Shown: positions 7,609-15,987 of the stretch, one piece after another
Layout: each line of letters opens with the position of its first letter
How positions within the stretch are numbered: position 1 is the stretch's first letter
DNA from: Okeania sp.
Lineage (GTDB): Bacteria; Cyanobacteriota; Cyanobacteriia; Cyanobacteriales; Microcoleaceae
Assembly (NCBI RefSeq): GCF_035285525.1
Contig: NZ_JAYKGW010000018.1
Coordinates: forward strand, 60,001-92,000
DNA length: 32,000 nucleotides
Direction of reading: 5' to 3'
Notes under the pieces: model-generated
Seen by the model: the letters and a program-made list of their open reading frames with translations, nothing else
Database searches by the model: none
Told to the model about the DNA's origin: nothing
Program-made: the position numbers and the translations under genes

Positions 7609-8130
7609 ATGTCGTTGAATGAATTAAAATTACGTCCTGCTACACCAGCAGATGTACCTGTGCTATTTGAGTTAATTAAAGCACTAGCTGAATATGAAAA
7701 ATTATCTGATGCGGTGACGGGTAATCTTGCTTCTTTAGAAACTCATTTATTTGGTGAATCTGGTAGCGATCGCTCTAATTTTCGTCCTATTGCGGAAGTT
7801 ATTATAGCTGAGTTTGCAGATAAACCTGTGGGTTTTTCTCTATTTTTTCATAACTTTTCCACTTTTCTCACCCAACCCGGAATTTATATAGAAGATTTGT
7901 TTGTGTTACCTGAGTATAGGGGACAAGGAATAGGAAAGCAACTGATAAGTTATGTAGCGCAGTTGGCAGTATCGCGAAACTGTGGGCGTTTAGAGTGGAG
8001 TGTTTTAGACTGGAATGAACCAGCGATCGGATTTTACCAACATATTGGTGCGTCAGTTTTAGATGAGTGGCGTATATGTCGTGTTACTGGTGATTCTTTG
8101 AGTAATTTAGCATCTGGACAAAAATTGTAG
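7609..8130 (+). CDS. GNAT family N-acetyltransferase (diamine/SSAT-like)
   Basis: The 173-aa ORF contains the acetyl-CoA motif A, LFVLPEYRGQGIGKQLISYVAQLA, followed by RLEWSVLDWNEPAIGFYQHIGA. Layout and motifs resemble spermidine/spermine-type GNATs. Confidence 0.8.
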   Translation: MSLNELKLRPATPADVPVLFELIKALAEYEKLSDAVTGNLASLETHLFGESGSDRSNFRPIAEVIIAEFADKPVGFSLFFHNFSTFLTQPGIYIEDLFVLPEYRGQGIGKQLISYVAQLAVSRNCGRLEWSVLDWNEPAIGFYQHIGASVLDEWRICRVTGDSLSNLASGQKL

Positions 8131-8381
8131 TCATATTAGACTTACACAAAAACTGTTTTTTGATTTAGTTGTTAGGATTTATGCAGAAACCGGGTTTATC
8201 AACTAAATTTGGTGGTTTTAACAACTATATTATGACAATAAACCCGGTTTTTTGGTTGCTTTGGGAAGTCCTGTAAATATCCAAGAAAATAATCTGAAGT
8301 CCGAATTAAATAACCTCCGGAAAACTTAATAACCAGAACGTAAAGCTAATCATAGACAAAATTATATAAGGAAGAATAATT

Positions 8382-8600
8382 ATGCAGAAATTTCGTTGTG
8401 ATGCTCCAAAAATGTTTTCTAAACCTCAACCTGGTGTAGTTGAAGAAAAAATTACTTCTGATGAACCTGGAAGAGTTAAATATAAAACTACATATTGGCC
8501 TGCTATGCTTTTTAGAGATGATAGTATGACTCTTGCTCCTGGTCAAGAAGTTGCAGTTGTTGGTCGTCAAGGAATTACTTTATTAGTACGTCCTCTTTAA
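8382..8600 (+). CDS. Small NfeD-like C-terminal OB-fold protein
   Basis: The 72-aa ORF has GGAAG upstream of its ATG. GRVKYKTTYWPAMLFRDDSMTLAPGQEVAVVGRQGITLLVRPL fits the NfeD C-terminal pattern (G.V...G..W.A.......G..V.V.G..G..L.V.P). Confidence 0.6.
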   Translation: MQKFRCDAPKMFSKPQPGVVEEKITSDEPGRVKYKTTYWPAMLFRDDSMTLAPGQEVAVVGRQGITLLVRPL

Positions 8601-8795
8601 GGAGAGGAGGAATGATGTGCCTTGAATAATTAACAATTAATAATTAACTAATAATTATCTATTCTTATAAATAAGAAGATTGACTAAAAGAATTTTTTTT
8701 CTTTTCTTGGTGGAGAGATAGCGTTAGTGAAACCCTATCTTGCGACTGCTTTTTATAGATAATTAGGGTTTCCTGAAAAAGTCTTTTTGCTCTTG

Positions 8796-8842
8796 GTAGG
8801 GAGTAGGAAGTAGGGAGTAGGGAGTAGGGAATAGGGAGTAGT
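8796..8842. repeat. STRR-like heptamer array (TAGGGAG)n
   Basis: GTAGGGAGTAGGAAGTAGGGAGTAGGGAGTAGGGAATAGGGAGTAG, about 6.5 units of 7 bp with point variants. Confidence 0.8.
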
Positions 8843-9049
8843 TAAAAGTTAGGAGGAATAGGAGTTATAGAGGAATTAGTTGTAAGAATTGTCTGTTAAT
8901 TTTTCTACTCTTGTGTGAGCCTTATCTGCTAACTTTGTTAACCTTTTTGGCCTAAAAGTTGGTACTTTTTTTCCCACCTAAAGTTGCTCAAACCATTAGT
9001 ATGTCAATGCTTTTATATTTAAGCTGAAAAAGTCTTAATAACTAAAGCC

Positions 9050-9474
9050 TTATTGATTCTTCCTTTTTTGAGTTAAGTTTGCTAGTCTTTGAATTTCCTC
9101 TAAAGGTAAATCTAAATATTCAGCAATAGTTTCTAAAGTTAAACCTAAACGCATCATATTAGATATATACCTTATTTTGTCTTCTATTTTGCCTTCAGCT
9201 TTCCCTTCAAGAAAAGCTTCTTGATAAATTTTAGTTTTTTTTCAATTCACTTAAACCTAACATTGCTTCAATCTCCTTTCTAGTTTTTTTGGGGTAACTT
9301 ATAAACGATAATTGTTTGAATTAGCTTAATTAAATCTTCTTGAATCTTTGGCTTAATAATTTTCTTTTGAGCTTGAGAAATTAAAGATTTAGCCAAATTA
9401 ATCCCTTGAGTTTCTGGCTCAATTACCAGTTTAACAACTCCTACTCCTAATGAACCACTTACAGTTTCTGCCAA
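9050..9474 (-). pseudogene. 5'-truncated and frameshifted remnant of a DUF2887 / Rpn-like (putative transposase-like) gene
   Basis: The track ORF 9280-9474 has a TTG start and reads AETVSGSLGVGVVKLVIEPETQ...LIKLIQTIIVYKLPQKN*. After a 1-nt shift in the A7 run (T7 at 9284-9290 on the plus strand) the reading continues KKTRKEIEAMLGLSELKKKTKIYQEAFLEGKAEGKIEDKIRYISNMMRLGLTLETIAEYLDLPLEEIQRLANLTQKRKNQ*, with the stop at 9052-9050. GSLGVGVVKLV.E and YK.PQ.SREEIEAM.GLSELKQTKVYQEA are motifs I recognise from the C-terminal half of cyanobacterial DUF2887 proteins. The N-terminal half of the family (roughly 140 aa) is missing, and similarity ends at about 9470. Confidence 0.5.
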
Positions 9475-9968
9475 AAAGTTTTTCGACGGATGAAAAATCA
9501 GAAATTAAATTGTTGTTAAAACAATATATTCGCCAAGAAAGACAACCAGAGATTTATGAGTATTTCCAGTTAGCTAAAATTGAGCAAAAAAAAATGATAC
9601 TTGCAGTTTTCCTCTACAATTAATAATCTCAGAAAATTCAGAGAGGAATAATTATAGAAGTTAATTTTATTTACTCGTTTAAACCTGCCTTAAAATCGCA
9701 ACCTAATCTACAACAAACTTCTTCCTTGTTTACCAAAAATTTGTGTCTAAATCCTGTCTTTTTAAGGGGATAAAAAAAATTCAATTTAGGATTTTAATTC
9801 TAATGCTTTAACCATAGGTACAGATGCTCAAGTACAATAATACTAAACTAAGCTACATAAGTTTTTGTTGGGTTCGAGGTACCCTTAACCCAACCTACTA
9901 AATTTAGACAAAATAGCTATAGCCTTTTCTCTTAGATCGCTAAAGCTCTTCTTCTTTCTTCTTCCCTT

Positions 9969-11147
9969 TTAATTACCTTGACTAAAGGGTAAATATTCAT
10001 TAATTCTATCCATTTCTAGCTGCTCCATTTCATTAACTTGATCGATATAAGACAAAAATATTTTTGACAAACGATTATGATAAAATCTGTGCATACTGTA
10101 GTTAGGTCTAGCAGGAAAACCACGACGCTTTTTATGTCTGCCTCCAGCTCCGGGGTCAAAACTATTAACACCATGTTTGATCGCCCATTCTATTGGTGCA
10201 TAATAACAAGCATCAAAATGTAAACAGTCTATTTCATAACTACTACCCCAATATCGTCCGTAAAGGCGATCGCCTTTGGTAATACAAAATGACATTCCGA
10301 TTGGAAATCTATCATCTTCTTCACTATAACCTGCTACAAATAACACCCGATGACGAAAGTCGTGATGTAATTGTTCAAAAAATCGCTTCGTCAGATATTT
10401 GCTACCCCACCAACCAAATTTATCACAGGTACTTTCATAAAAAGTATACATCTTAGAAAACAATAGTTTCGGTATTTCATCTCCAGTGAAAGTCTGCATT
10501 TGTAAACCTGCTTTGGCTACCGCTTTCCGTTCCCGTTTAATATTACGACGTTGGTTAGCATTAAATACTTTTAGATAGTCGTCAAAAGTTTGATAACCTT
10601 CATTTTGCCAAATATAACTATGATGCAGCCAACTGGCAAAACCATTACGTTTAATTATAGGATACCATTCTGGATCGACGTAGAGAAAATGACATCCAGA
10701 AATATTGTGGCGATCGCAAAAATTATCAATCTCACTAACCATCATCCCTGTTATTTCGTCTTCATCTTCCCCAGGTGCAATCAAAAATCTATACCCCTCA
10801 GCAGGAGTAAATGGCGACATTCCTAATAATTTCGGGTAATATTCAATACCTATGCGATCAGCAATTTCGGCCCATTGATGGTCAAACACAAATTCACCTT
10901 GACTGTGCCCTTTAATATAAAGTGGAGCTGCTGCTATTAATTGTCTATCTCGCCATACTGTTAAATGTTGGGGTAGCCATCCACTTCTACCACCTACACT
11001 ACCAGAAGTTTCCATATTGCGCAGCCAGTCCCATTCTAAGAAAGGAGTTTTTAAAGGTTGGGCTAGAGCATCCCACTCTGGTTTGGGGACTTTTGCTATT
11101 TTACCAATCCAGGCTAGAGAATATTCAGGTTTAGACTGTTGGATCAT
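9969..11147 (-). CDS. FemAB-like / DUF482 family protein (GNAT-fold, 'peptidoglycan biosynthesis/recognition' family)
   Basis: The 392-aa ORF has an ATG start. PFLEWDWLRNMETSGSV...GWLPQHLTVW...AAAPLYIKGHSQGEFVFDHQWAEIADRIGIEYYPKLLGMSPFTPAEGYRFL matches the conserved N-terminal block of the DUF482/FemAB_like family. Confidence 0.8.
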   Translation of the reverse strand: MIQQSKPEYSLAWIGKIAKVPKPEWDALAQPLKTPFLEWDWLRNMETSGSVGGRSGWLPQHLTVWRDRQLIAAAPLYIKGHSQGEFVFDHQWAEIADRIGIEYYPKLLGMSPFTPAEGYRFLIAPGEDEDEITGMMVSEIDNFCDRHNISGCHFLYVDPEWYPIIKRNGFASWLHHSYIWQNEGYQTFDDYLKVFNANQRRNIKRERKAVAKAGLQMQTFTGDEIPKLLFSKMYTFYESTCDKFGWWGSKYLTKRFFEQLHHDFRHRVLFVAGYSEEDDRFPIGMSFCITKGDRLYGRYWGSSYEIDCLHFDACYYAPIEWAIKHGVNSFDPGAGGRHKKRRGFPARPNYSMHRFYHNRLSKIFLSYIDQVNEMEQLEMDRINEYLPFSQGN

Positions 11148-11273
11148 TTTTCACTCTCATCGGCATATCCAATATCTAAGTTAATCTATTATTTCGTAAG
11201 TTGACCTGATGTAGTCAGAAGTCATAATTTAGAAGTCAGAAGTTAAGATATGAAAAAGGCAGTGCATTTCATT

Positions 11274-11349
11274 AGACATCTCCAAAAATAAAAAGTAAAA
11301 TCAATTCTTCTTCCCAGTTAAGTGTTCCCTCCATACCTGTTCCCTTGGT
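11274..11349. mobile_element. Partial, inverted copy of the 112-bp MITE family
   Basis: TAGACATCTCCAAAAATAAAAAGTAAAATCAATTCTT... matches the reverse complement of the right end of 5316-5427. The second terminal repeat is missing. Confidence 0.6.
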
Positions 11350-11531
11350 TCACTAATAGATTTATTCAGCATAGATTTTGATAGTGATCGCAATATTTTG
11401 GAATGATTTCAGTTCAGGAGAAATCAGGAAAATTAGGACTAAATTTAGAATCTAAATATGTGTTATTTTCTAACACATATATTTGCAATTTTCCTTGATT
11501 AAATCTCTATAATTAACCCACTTTTAAACAA

Positions 11532-11676
11532 TTACAGCAATTTCACGCCCGCCCGTGAGGTACAAAATTTTATTTAGTAATTTTAGTAACACAATCTTCG
11601 GTGGTTGTTACAGCAAACGAAGGCTGAACTGGAGTAGGTGTTAAGTGTACCTCACCATCCTCATGCATTGCTATAA
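11532..11676. mobile_element. 145-bp MITE-like element, left copy of an inverted pair
   Basis: By my manual alignment its reverse-complement partner at 13061-13205 matches at 139 of 145 positions. It has its own roughly 10-bp terminal inverted repeats, TTACAGCAAT ... ATTGCTATAA. It also has an internal 10-bp stem, GTGAGGTACA / TGTACCTCAC. Confidence 0.75.
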
Positions 11677-11787
11677 TAATTACTTTTTTTTATAGAGAAG
11701 AGGATTGCTATAGTAGCATTTTTGACTTCGCTTTGGAGCCTATTATTAAGTGGGGTTTATATAAGCAAATAGTATTATAGGACAGTA

Positions 11788-11826
11788 AGCATTCAGCATT
11801 CAGCATTCAGCAGTCAGCTATTAGCT
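11788..11826. repeat. Degenerate heptamer array (AGCATTC/AGCAGTC/AGCTATT)n, left arm of an inverted pair
   Basis: AGCATTCAGCATTCAGCATTCAGCAGTCAGCTATTAGC. Its approximate reverse complement lies at 12341-12374 (AGCTGATAGCTGATGCCTGATGGCTGAATGCTTA). Confidence 0.7.
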
Positions 11827-11862
11827 TTTGGAGCCAATCTATAATTTTCAGAAATAAATACA

Positions 11863-12275
11863 GGACTTATGCAAAGGCACTATATATAGAGTCTAGGTGC
11901 GTTGTGCGTTGTGAGCTTTTCATGTCGCGTAGCGAAACACACCCTACTGGAGTGTTTCATCTAAAATGGTGCATTAGGGAGTAGGGGAGTGGGGGAGTAG
12001 GGGAGTAGGGGAGTAGGGGAATAGGGGAATAGGGGAATAGGGGAATAGGGGAAAAAGATTATTGCCCTTGTTTCGTCCCTCAACCCAACCTACAGTTATT
12101 GCACTATTTAAGATGAAACGGTCCACTACCAATAGCTTACGCAGAATAACGTAATTCTGTCATGGCGGGACTCGCAGCGCCAGCGACAGCGTTTCGCTCC
12201 GCGACATGGAAAGCGCAGGATTCCGGACCGAAGGCAATCTCAAACCTTGAAATTGCGTTCCTGATGCGTAAGTCC
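11863..12275. mobile_element. Composite element bounded by GGACTTATGCA / TGCGTAAGTCC terminal inverted repeats
   Basis: The termini match at 10 of 11 positions in inverted orientation. The same terminal motif bounds an 88-bp element at 25856-25943. It also occurs as single ends at 29031, 29278, 18717 and, degenerate, at 8139. The interior holds a further inverted pair (GTTTCATCTAAAATGGTGCA at about 11953 and TGCACTATTTAAGATGAAAC at about 12100) around an octamer array. It also holds a GC-rich module GCGACAGCGTTTCGCTCCGCGACATGGAA that recurs at 29315-29345. Confidence 0.6.
11976..12052. repeat. Octamer tandem array (GGGGAGTA / GGGGAATA)n
   Basis: AGGGAGTAGGGGAGTGGGGGAGTAGGGGAGTAGGGGAGTAGGGGAATAGGGGAATAGGGGAATAGGGGAATAGGGGA. 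There are about 9.5 units, and the two variants are clustered. Confidence 0.85.
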
Positions 12276-12340
12276 CGATCAAGAGAAATGTTTATAAAGT
12301 ATAGTCTTAAAGATGAGATTTACATCTAAAACCAAAAAAA

Positions 12341-12374
12341 AGCTGATAGCTGATGCCTGATGGCTGAATGCTTA
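12341..12374. repeat. Degenerate heptamer array, right arm of the inverted pair with 11788-11826
   Basis: AGCTGATAGCTGATGCCTGATGGCTGAATGCTTA is the approximate reverse complement of the array at 11788-11826. Confidence 0.7.
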
Positions 12375-12487
12375 CATGACACCCCATTTATATAGTACAA
12401 AGTTACTAAAAATGATTGAAAGTGCATAATTTTTCTCACTTTGTAACATTAATTAACTAGAACAAATCAATCACGGGTGAAATAATA

Positions 12488-12943
12488 ATGGCTCAACAAT
12501 CTTTTGAACACTTGGTCAAAAATAATAGTGCTAAAGCTGGTTGGAATATTTCCAAATTAAATGACAAACAAGCTATGCTAAAGTTCATTATGGATTCTGG
12601 CAGGGTGCAAAGGGTTTATATTACTAAATTTGATTCTATTTTAGAATTTTCGGTTCCTAGTGCTGCTGTATTTGAATGTTTAGATGATATTCCTAATCTT
12701 ATTTCTAGTATTTTATTAACCAAAAATACTCAATACAAAATCGGTGAATGGTTTGTAGAAAATATTCAGGATAAGTTAGTTTATTCTATCATCCAAAATG
12801 TGAATATAGATTCTATTAATTTTGGTTATTTTATTAGTTTGGTGCATTTTCTAGTTTCAGAATGCGATAAATTTGATGGCTTTTTAGCAGAGTTATATCA
12901 ATATAATCAACATATTAATTCGGCTAATTTTTCTGTTATATAG
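12488..12943 (+). CDS. Hypothetical 151-aa protein (orphan; no motif recognised)
   Basis: ATG start. A 456-nt open frame is notable in a very AT-rich, stop-rich context. A strong intrinsic-terminator-like hairpin follows 30 nt downstream. There is no signal peptide or transmembrane segment by eye. I cannot assign a family. A faint resemblance to small YbjN/chaperone-like cytosolic proteins cannot be verified without a search. Confidence 0.5.
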   Translation: MAQQSFEHLVKNNSAKAGWNISKLNDKQAMLKFIMDSGRVQRVYITKFDSILEFSVPSAAVFECLDDIPNLISSILLTKNTQYKIGEWFVENIQDKLVYSIIQNVNIDSINFGYFISLVHFLVSECDKFDGFLAELYQYNQHINSANFSVI

Positions 12944-12972
12944 CAATTCTAAATAGGTTGTAATATTTTATT

Positions 12973-13035
12973 GTAGGGGTTTAGTCTCCAAATCATGTAT
13001 GGGTGGTTTGGAAACCAAACCCCTACCGTTTTTTT
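12973..13035 (+). terminator. Rho-independent-type terminator after ORF151
   Basis: GTAGGGGTTTAGTCTCCAAA (12973-12992) pairs with TTTGGAAACCAAACCCCTAC (13007-13026) at 18 of 20 positions. It is followed by CG and then T7 (13029-13035). The stem belongs to the dispersed GGGGTTTGG..CCAAACCCC hairpin family, also seen at about 18836, 29069 and 31640. Confidence 0.6.
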
Positions 13036-13060
13036 CATCAATCTTTTCTTATGGGTATAG

Positions 13061-13205
13061 TTATAGTAATGCATGAGGATGGTGAGGTACACTTAACACC
13101 TACTGCGGTTCAGCCTTCGTTTGCTGTAACAACCACCAAAGGTTGTGTTACTAAAATTACTAAATAAAATTTTGTACCTCACGCGCGGGCGTGAAATTGC
13201 TGTAA
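13061..13205. mobile_element. 145-bp MITE-like element, right copy (inverted relative to 11532-11676)
   Basis: See 11532-11676. I count six mismatches in 145 nt. The terminal repeats here are TTATAGTAAT ... ATTGCTGTAA. Confidence 0.75.
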
Positions 13206-13308
13206 GTAGGGTTTGCTTATGGAAAGTCTTTTTGTTGAAGTAGGGAGAGAGCAGGAAGTATTAAGTGATTAATTTCAGCGATCGCTACTGACAAGTGATA
13301 AATGAAGT

Positions 13309-15024
13309 CTAGAATCCGGAACCTCTTTTACCATTAGGCAAAGTTGTCCACCAATTAGTTTTTGCTGTCTCTAGTTGACTGTTACTTACCATTGCATTAC
13401 TCAGATTAGCACCAGACAAATTTGCACCATGTAAATTTGCACCATTCATATAAGCACCTGTCATATCTGCGTCCTGCAAATTAGAACCTGCCAAACTAGC
13501 TGTACTTAAATAGGCTTTAGTCAAGTTTGCATTTTTGAGAATAGTATCAGTTAAATTAGCATGGCCAAAATTAGCTTCAGATAAATCCGCACCTTCTAGA
13601 TTAGCTTCATGGAAATTTGCTCCATAAAAATTGGCTCCAGACAACTTAGCGTTACGCAAATTAAAGTTACTTAAATCACAATCAGCAAAATCTCTTCTAC
13701 CTCTGATATAAGCACTGCGCAAGGAGGCAGCAGTCCATTTTGTGGGAATTGCACCACCTAATTCTGTTGTATTACTTGTTTTGTTTTTTGAGGATAAAGA
13801 AGATAATGCTGCATTAGTTGCTTTCTTTTTTGGAGATACTGTGGTAAAGTATCCTTCTGTAACATCTTCCTTCATCTTCAAAGATTTGGGTGGAACTGGA
13901 GGTCTAGGAGCTTTATTCAAACGATTCTTGCGTTCTCGAATTTTTTGAGCAATTTTAGTGCCGGGAGAAATTAATGAAACATCATTGTTATTATCATTAA
14001 ATACAGTATTGTTATTATCATTAAATACAGTATTGTTATTATCAGTAAATACAGTATTGTTATTATCAGTAAATACAGTATTCACAGTTTCATCGGATTG
14101 AGGTTTAACTTGTTTTTTCTTTGTTGTTTTTGTATTCAAAGCTGCTAAAAGTTCTGGAGCTGACTGGAAGCGATGTTTTACAGAAACTTCTAGCATTTTC
14201 TCCAAGATTTCCCCAAATTTATCGCTAACATTAACTACAGGACGCCAGAGAATTTCACCATTAGTTCGATTGTAACCAAGACTTTTTGGACTTTTTCCTG
14301 TCAGCAAATAAATAGTAGTTACTCCCAAAGCATAAATATCGCTTGCATAGACAGGTCGTAAAGCCATTTGTTCTGGTGGAGCGAAACCTGAAGTACCTAT
14401 GGAGATATTTGTAAAAGCAGTTTCTCCTGTACCAGTTGATATGTGAGTTTGACTAACATGGTCTTTCACAGCGCCAAAGTCGATCAAAACTAAATTACCA
14501 CCTTGACTCCGCCTGATAATATTTGCAGGTTTAATATCTCGGTGAATCACTCCTTGAGTATGGATGTAATCTATCAGTGGCAAAATATCAATCAAAAATT
14601 TTCGCGCTTTTTCTTCAGTAAACAGACCCTGTTTTTTGACTTCCTGTTTTAAAGTTGAACCACTCACATATTCTTGAACTAGATGAAAATGTTTCTTCCA
14701 TTCAAAATAACCTAATAAGCTGGGGATTTGGGGATGGTGGCCAATTTTTCCCAGAGTTTCAGCTTCTCGCTCAAATAGCTTTCTTGCCATTTCTAATACA
14801 CTAGCTGTTGTCGTAGATGGGCGCAATTCTTTGATTACACAAATCGGGTCTCCTGGTAAAGAGATATCTTTGGCTAGAAAAGTTGCTCCGAAACCTCCTT
14901 TGCCAAGGGGTTGAACAATTTCATAGCGATCGCGCAGTATTAACTGCGAACCACAAGTTTGACACTTTTTAATACTATCTGGATTTTGAGGTTGAGGACA
15001 GTTAGGGTTTGTACAATAGCTCAT
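13309..15024 (-). CDS. Hanks-type Ser/Thr protein kinase with N-terminal 4-Cys zinc-ribbon prefix and C-terminal pentapeptide repeats
   Basis: The 571-aa ORF has an ATG start. The N-terminus CTNPNCPQPQNPDSIKKCQTCG is a CxxxxC...CxxC motif. Kinase motifs are GKGGFGATF, VIK, HRDIKPANII, IDFGAVK and the APPE-type GFAPPEQ. The C-terminal third consists of A(N/D)LxG-type pentapeptide repeats (NLRNAKLSGANFYGANFHEANLEGADLSEANFGHANL...). Confidence 0.9.
   Translation of the reverse strand: MSYCTNPNCPQPQNPDSIKKCQTCGSQLILRDRYEIVQPLGKGGFGATFLAKDISLPGDPICVIKELRPSTTTASVLEMARKLFEREAETLGKIGHHPQIPSLLGYFEWKKHFHLVQEYVSGSTLKQEVKKQGLFTEEKARKFLIDILPLIDYIHTQGVIHRDIKPANIIRRSQGGNLVLIDFGAVKDHVSQTHISTGTGETAFTNISIGTSGFAPPEQMALRPVYASDIYALGVTTIYLLTGKSPKSLGYNRTNGEILWRPVVNVSDKFGEILEKMLEVSVKHRFQSAPELLAALNTKTTKKKQVKPQSDETVNTVFTDNNNTVFTDNNNTVFNDNNNTVFNDNNNDVSLISPGTKIAQKIRERKNRLNKAPRPPVPPKSLKMKEDVTEGYFTTVSPKKKATNAALSSLSSKNKTSNTTELGGAIPTKWTAASLRSAYIRGRRDFADCDLSNFNLRNAKLSGANFYGANFHEANLEGADLSEANFGHANLTDTILKNANLTKAYLSTASLAGSNLQDADMTGAYMNGANLHGANLSGANLSNAMVSNSQLETAKTNWWTTLPNGKRGSGF
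13984..14079. repeat. In-frame 24-bp x 4 minisatellite inside the kinase linker
   Basis: ATTGTTATTATCA(T/G)TAAATACAGT occurs four times. It encodes NTVFTDNN NTVFTDNN NTVFNDNN NTVFNDNN on the minus strand. The two variants are clustered pairwise. Confidence 0.85.
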
Positions 15025-15952
15025 CTTAAGTATATTAAGAATTATATTTTAATTTAATTTTTCTTTAAATGACTAATCTCTAAACGACTAATCTCTTTAT
15101 AGCAAACTTACTAGACAAAGGCCAATTCTTCAGGATTTGACCGAGGATAAATATATAGCGCTACGGGCAATTTCAGATAGGGGAACTGTCGAATTGGCGA
15201 CTTATAGAAGTCAGAAGTCATAAATTAGAAGTTAGAAGTTGTTTTGGTAAGGGAGATTTGAGCAACGCTCCAAAAACGTCTCGCCGATCAAGGGGGGGGG
15301 TTGCACGACCTAATATATTGCTCTGCTGATTAAATCTAAAAGAATTGACAGATAAAGATTAAAGGCTTTTTTGGGTAACCAACAAAAAGTGCCGAGAAAT
15401 TACTAAATTAATCTTTAAAATTCTAGATTTTTCCTCACTAATGGAAAAAATGTAGAAAAAGTAACACTTGTAACTATTTCCTATTACCCCCATACCTATT
15501 GCCTAAGCCCACTAACAGACTTTTGAGTAACCCCAATTATTTTGATAAACTGCAGTTTAAACGCTTAATAGCTTATTCTCTCTTCTCTGTTCCCTCTTGC
15601 TGTAAAAACCAGGAAATTTGGGACACGACTCGAATAAGACTGCTATATCTAAAATAATATCTAAAATTCGGGACAACATTAAAGCTTGTGCGACAGAGAC
15701 TCTTGTCTGTTGATAGAGTTTCTCAAGGAAGGGAACACTTAACTGGGAACAGTATAAAAAGTTTATCTGTCTCTCAATGCTTTGAGATTTAATCAGCTAA
15801 CCCTAACTCCTGATTCCTAACTTCATGACTCAACCATCAGAGAGATAAAATGTTACTTGAAGTTATAAATATGGCCTAAGAGCCAGATATAGCAGTTGCC
15901 ATGAGTGTTAGAAGATTTGCCAACTCTCAAATTTAGTCAGAGACAGAATTTT

Positions 15953-15987
15953 ACTTCTGACTTCTGACTTCTGACTTCTGACTGCTG
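15953..15987. repeat. STRR-like heptamer array (ACTTCTG)n upstream of pheT
   Basis: ACTTCTGACTTCTGACTTCTGACTTCTGACTGCTG ends 46 nt before the pheT ATG. Related AGAAGTC-type runs lie at about 11212-11250 and 15209-15241. Confidence 0.8.

Noticed and set aside
9475-9620. Short plus-strand open frame (..DEKSEIKLLLKQYIRQERQPEIYEYFQLAKIEQKKMILAVFLYN*)
   Set aside because: It has no start codon context, is under 60 aa and has no recognisable family. It is probably a gene fragment at a rearrangement junction and is mentioned only within the DUF2887 remnant finding.
11532-11676. Compensatory base changes between the two 145-bp copies as evidence for a structured RNA
   Set aside because: One T/C difference would convert a G.U into a G-C pair in a possible 6-bp helix (ACAATC/GGTTGT). 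With only six differences in total and several alternative folds, this is anecdotal and not reported as evidence.
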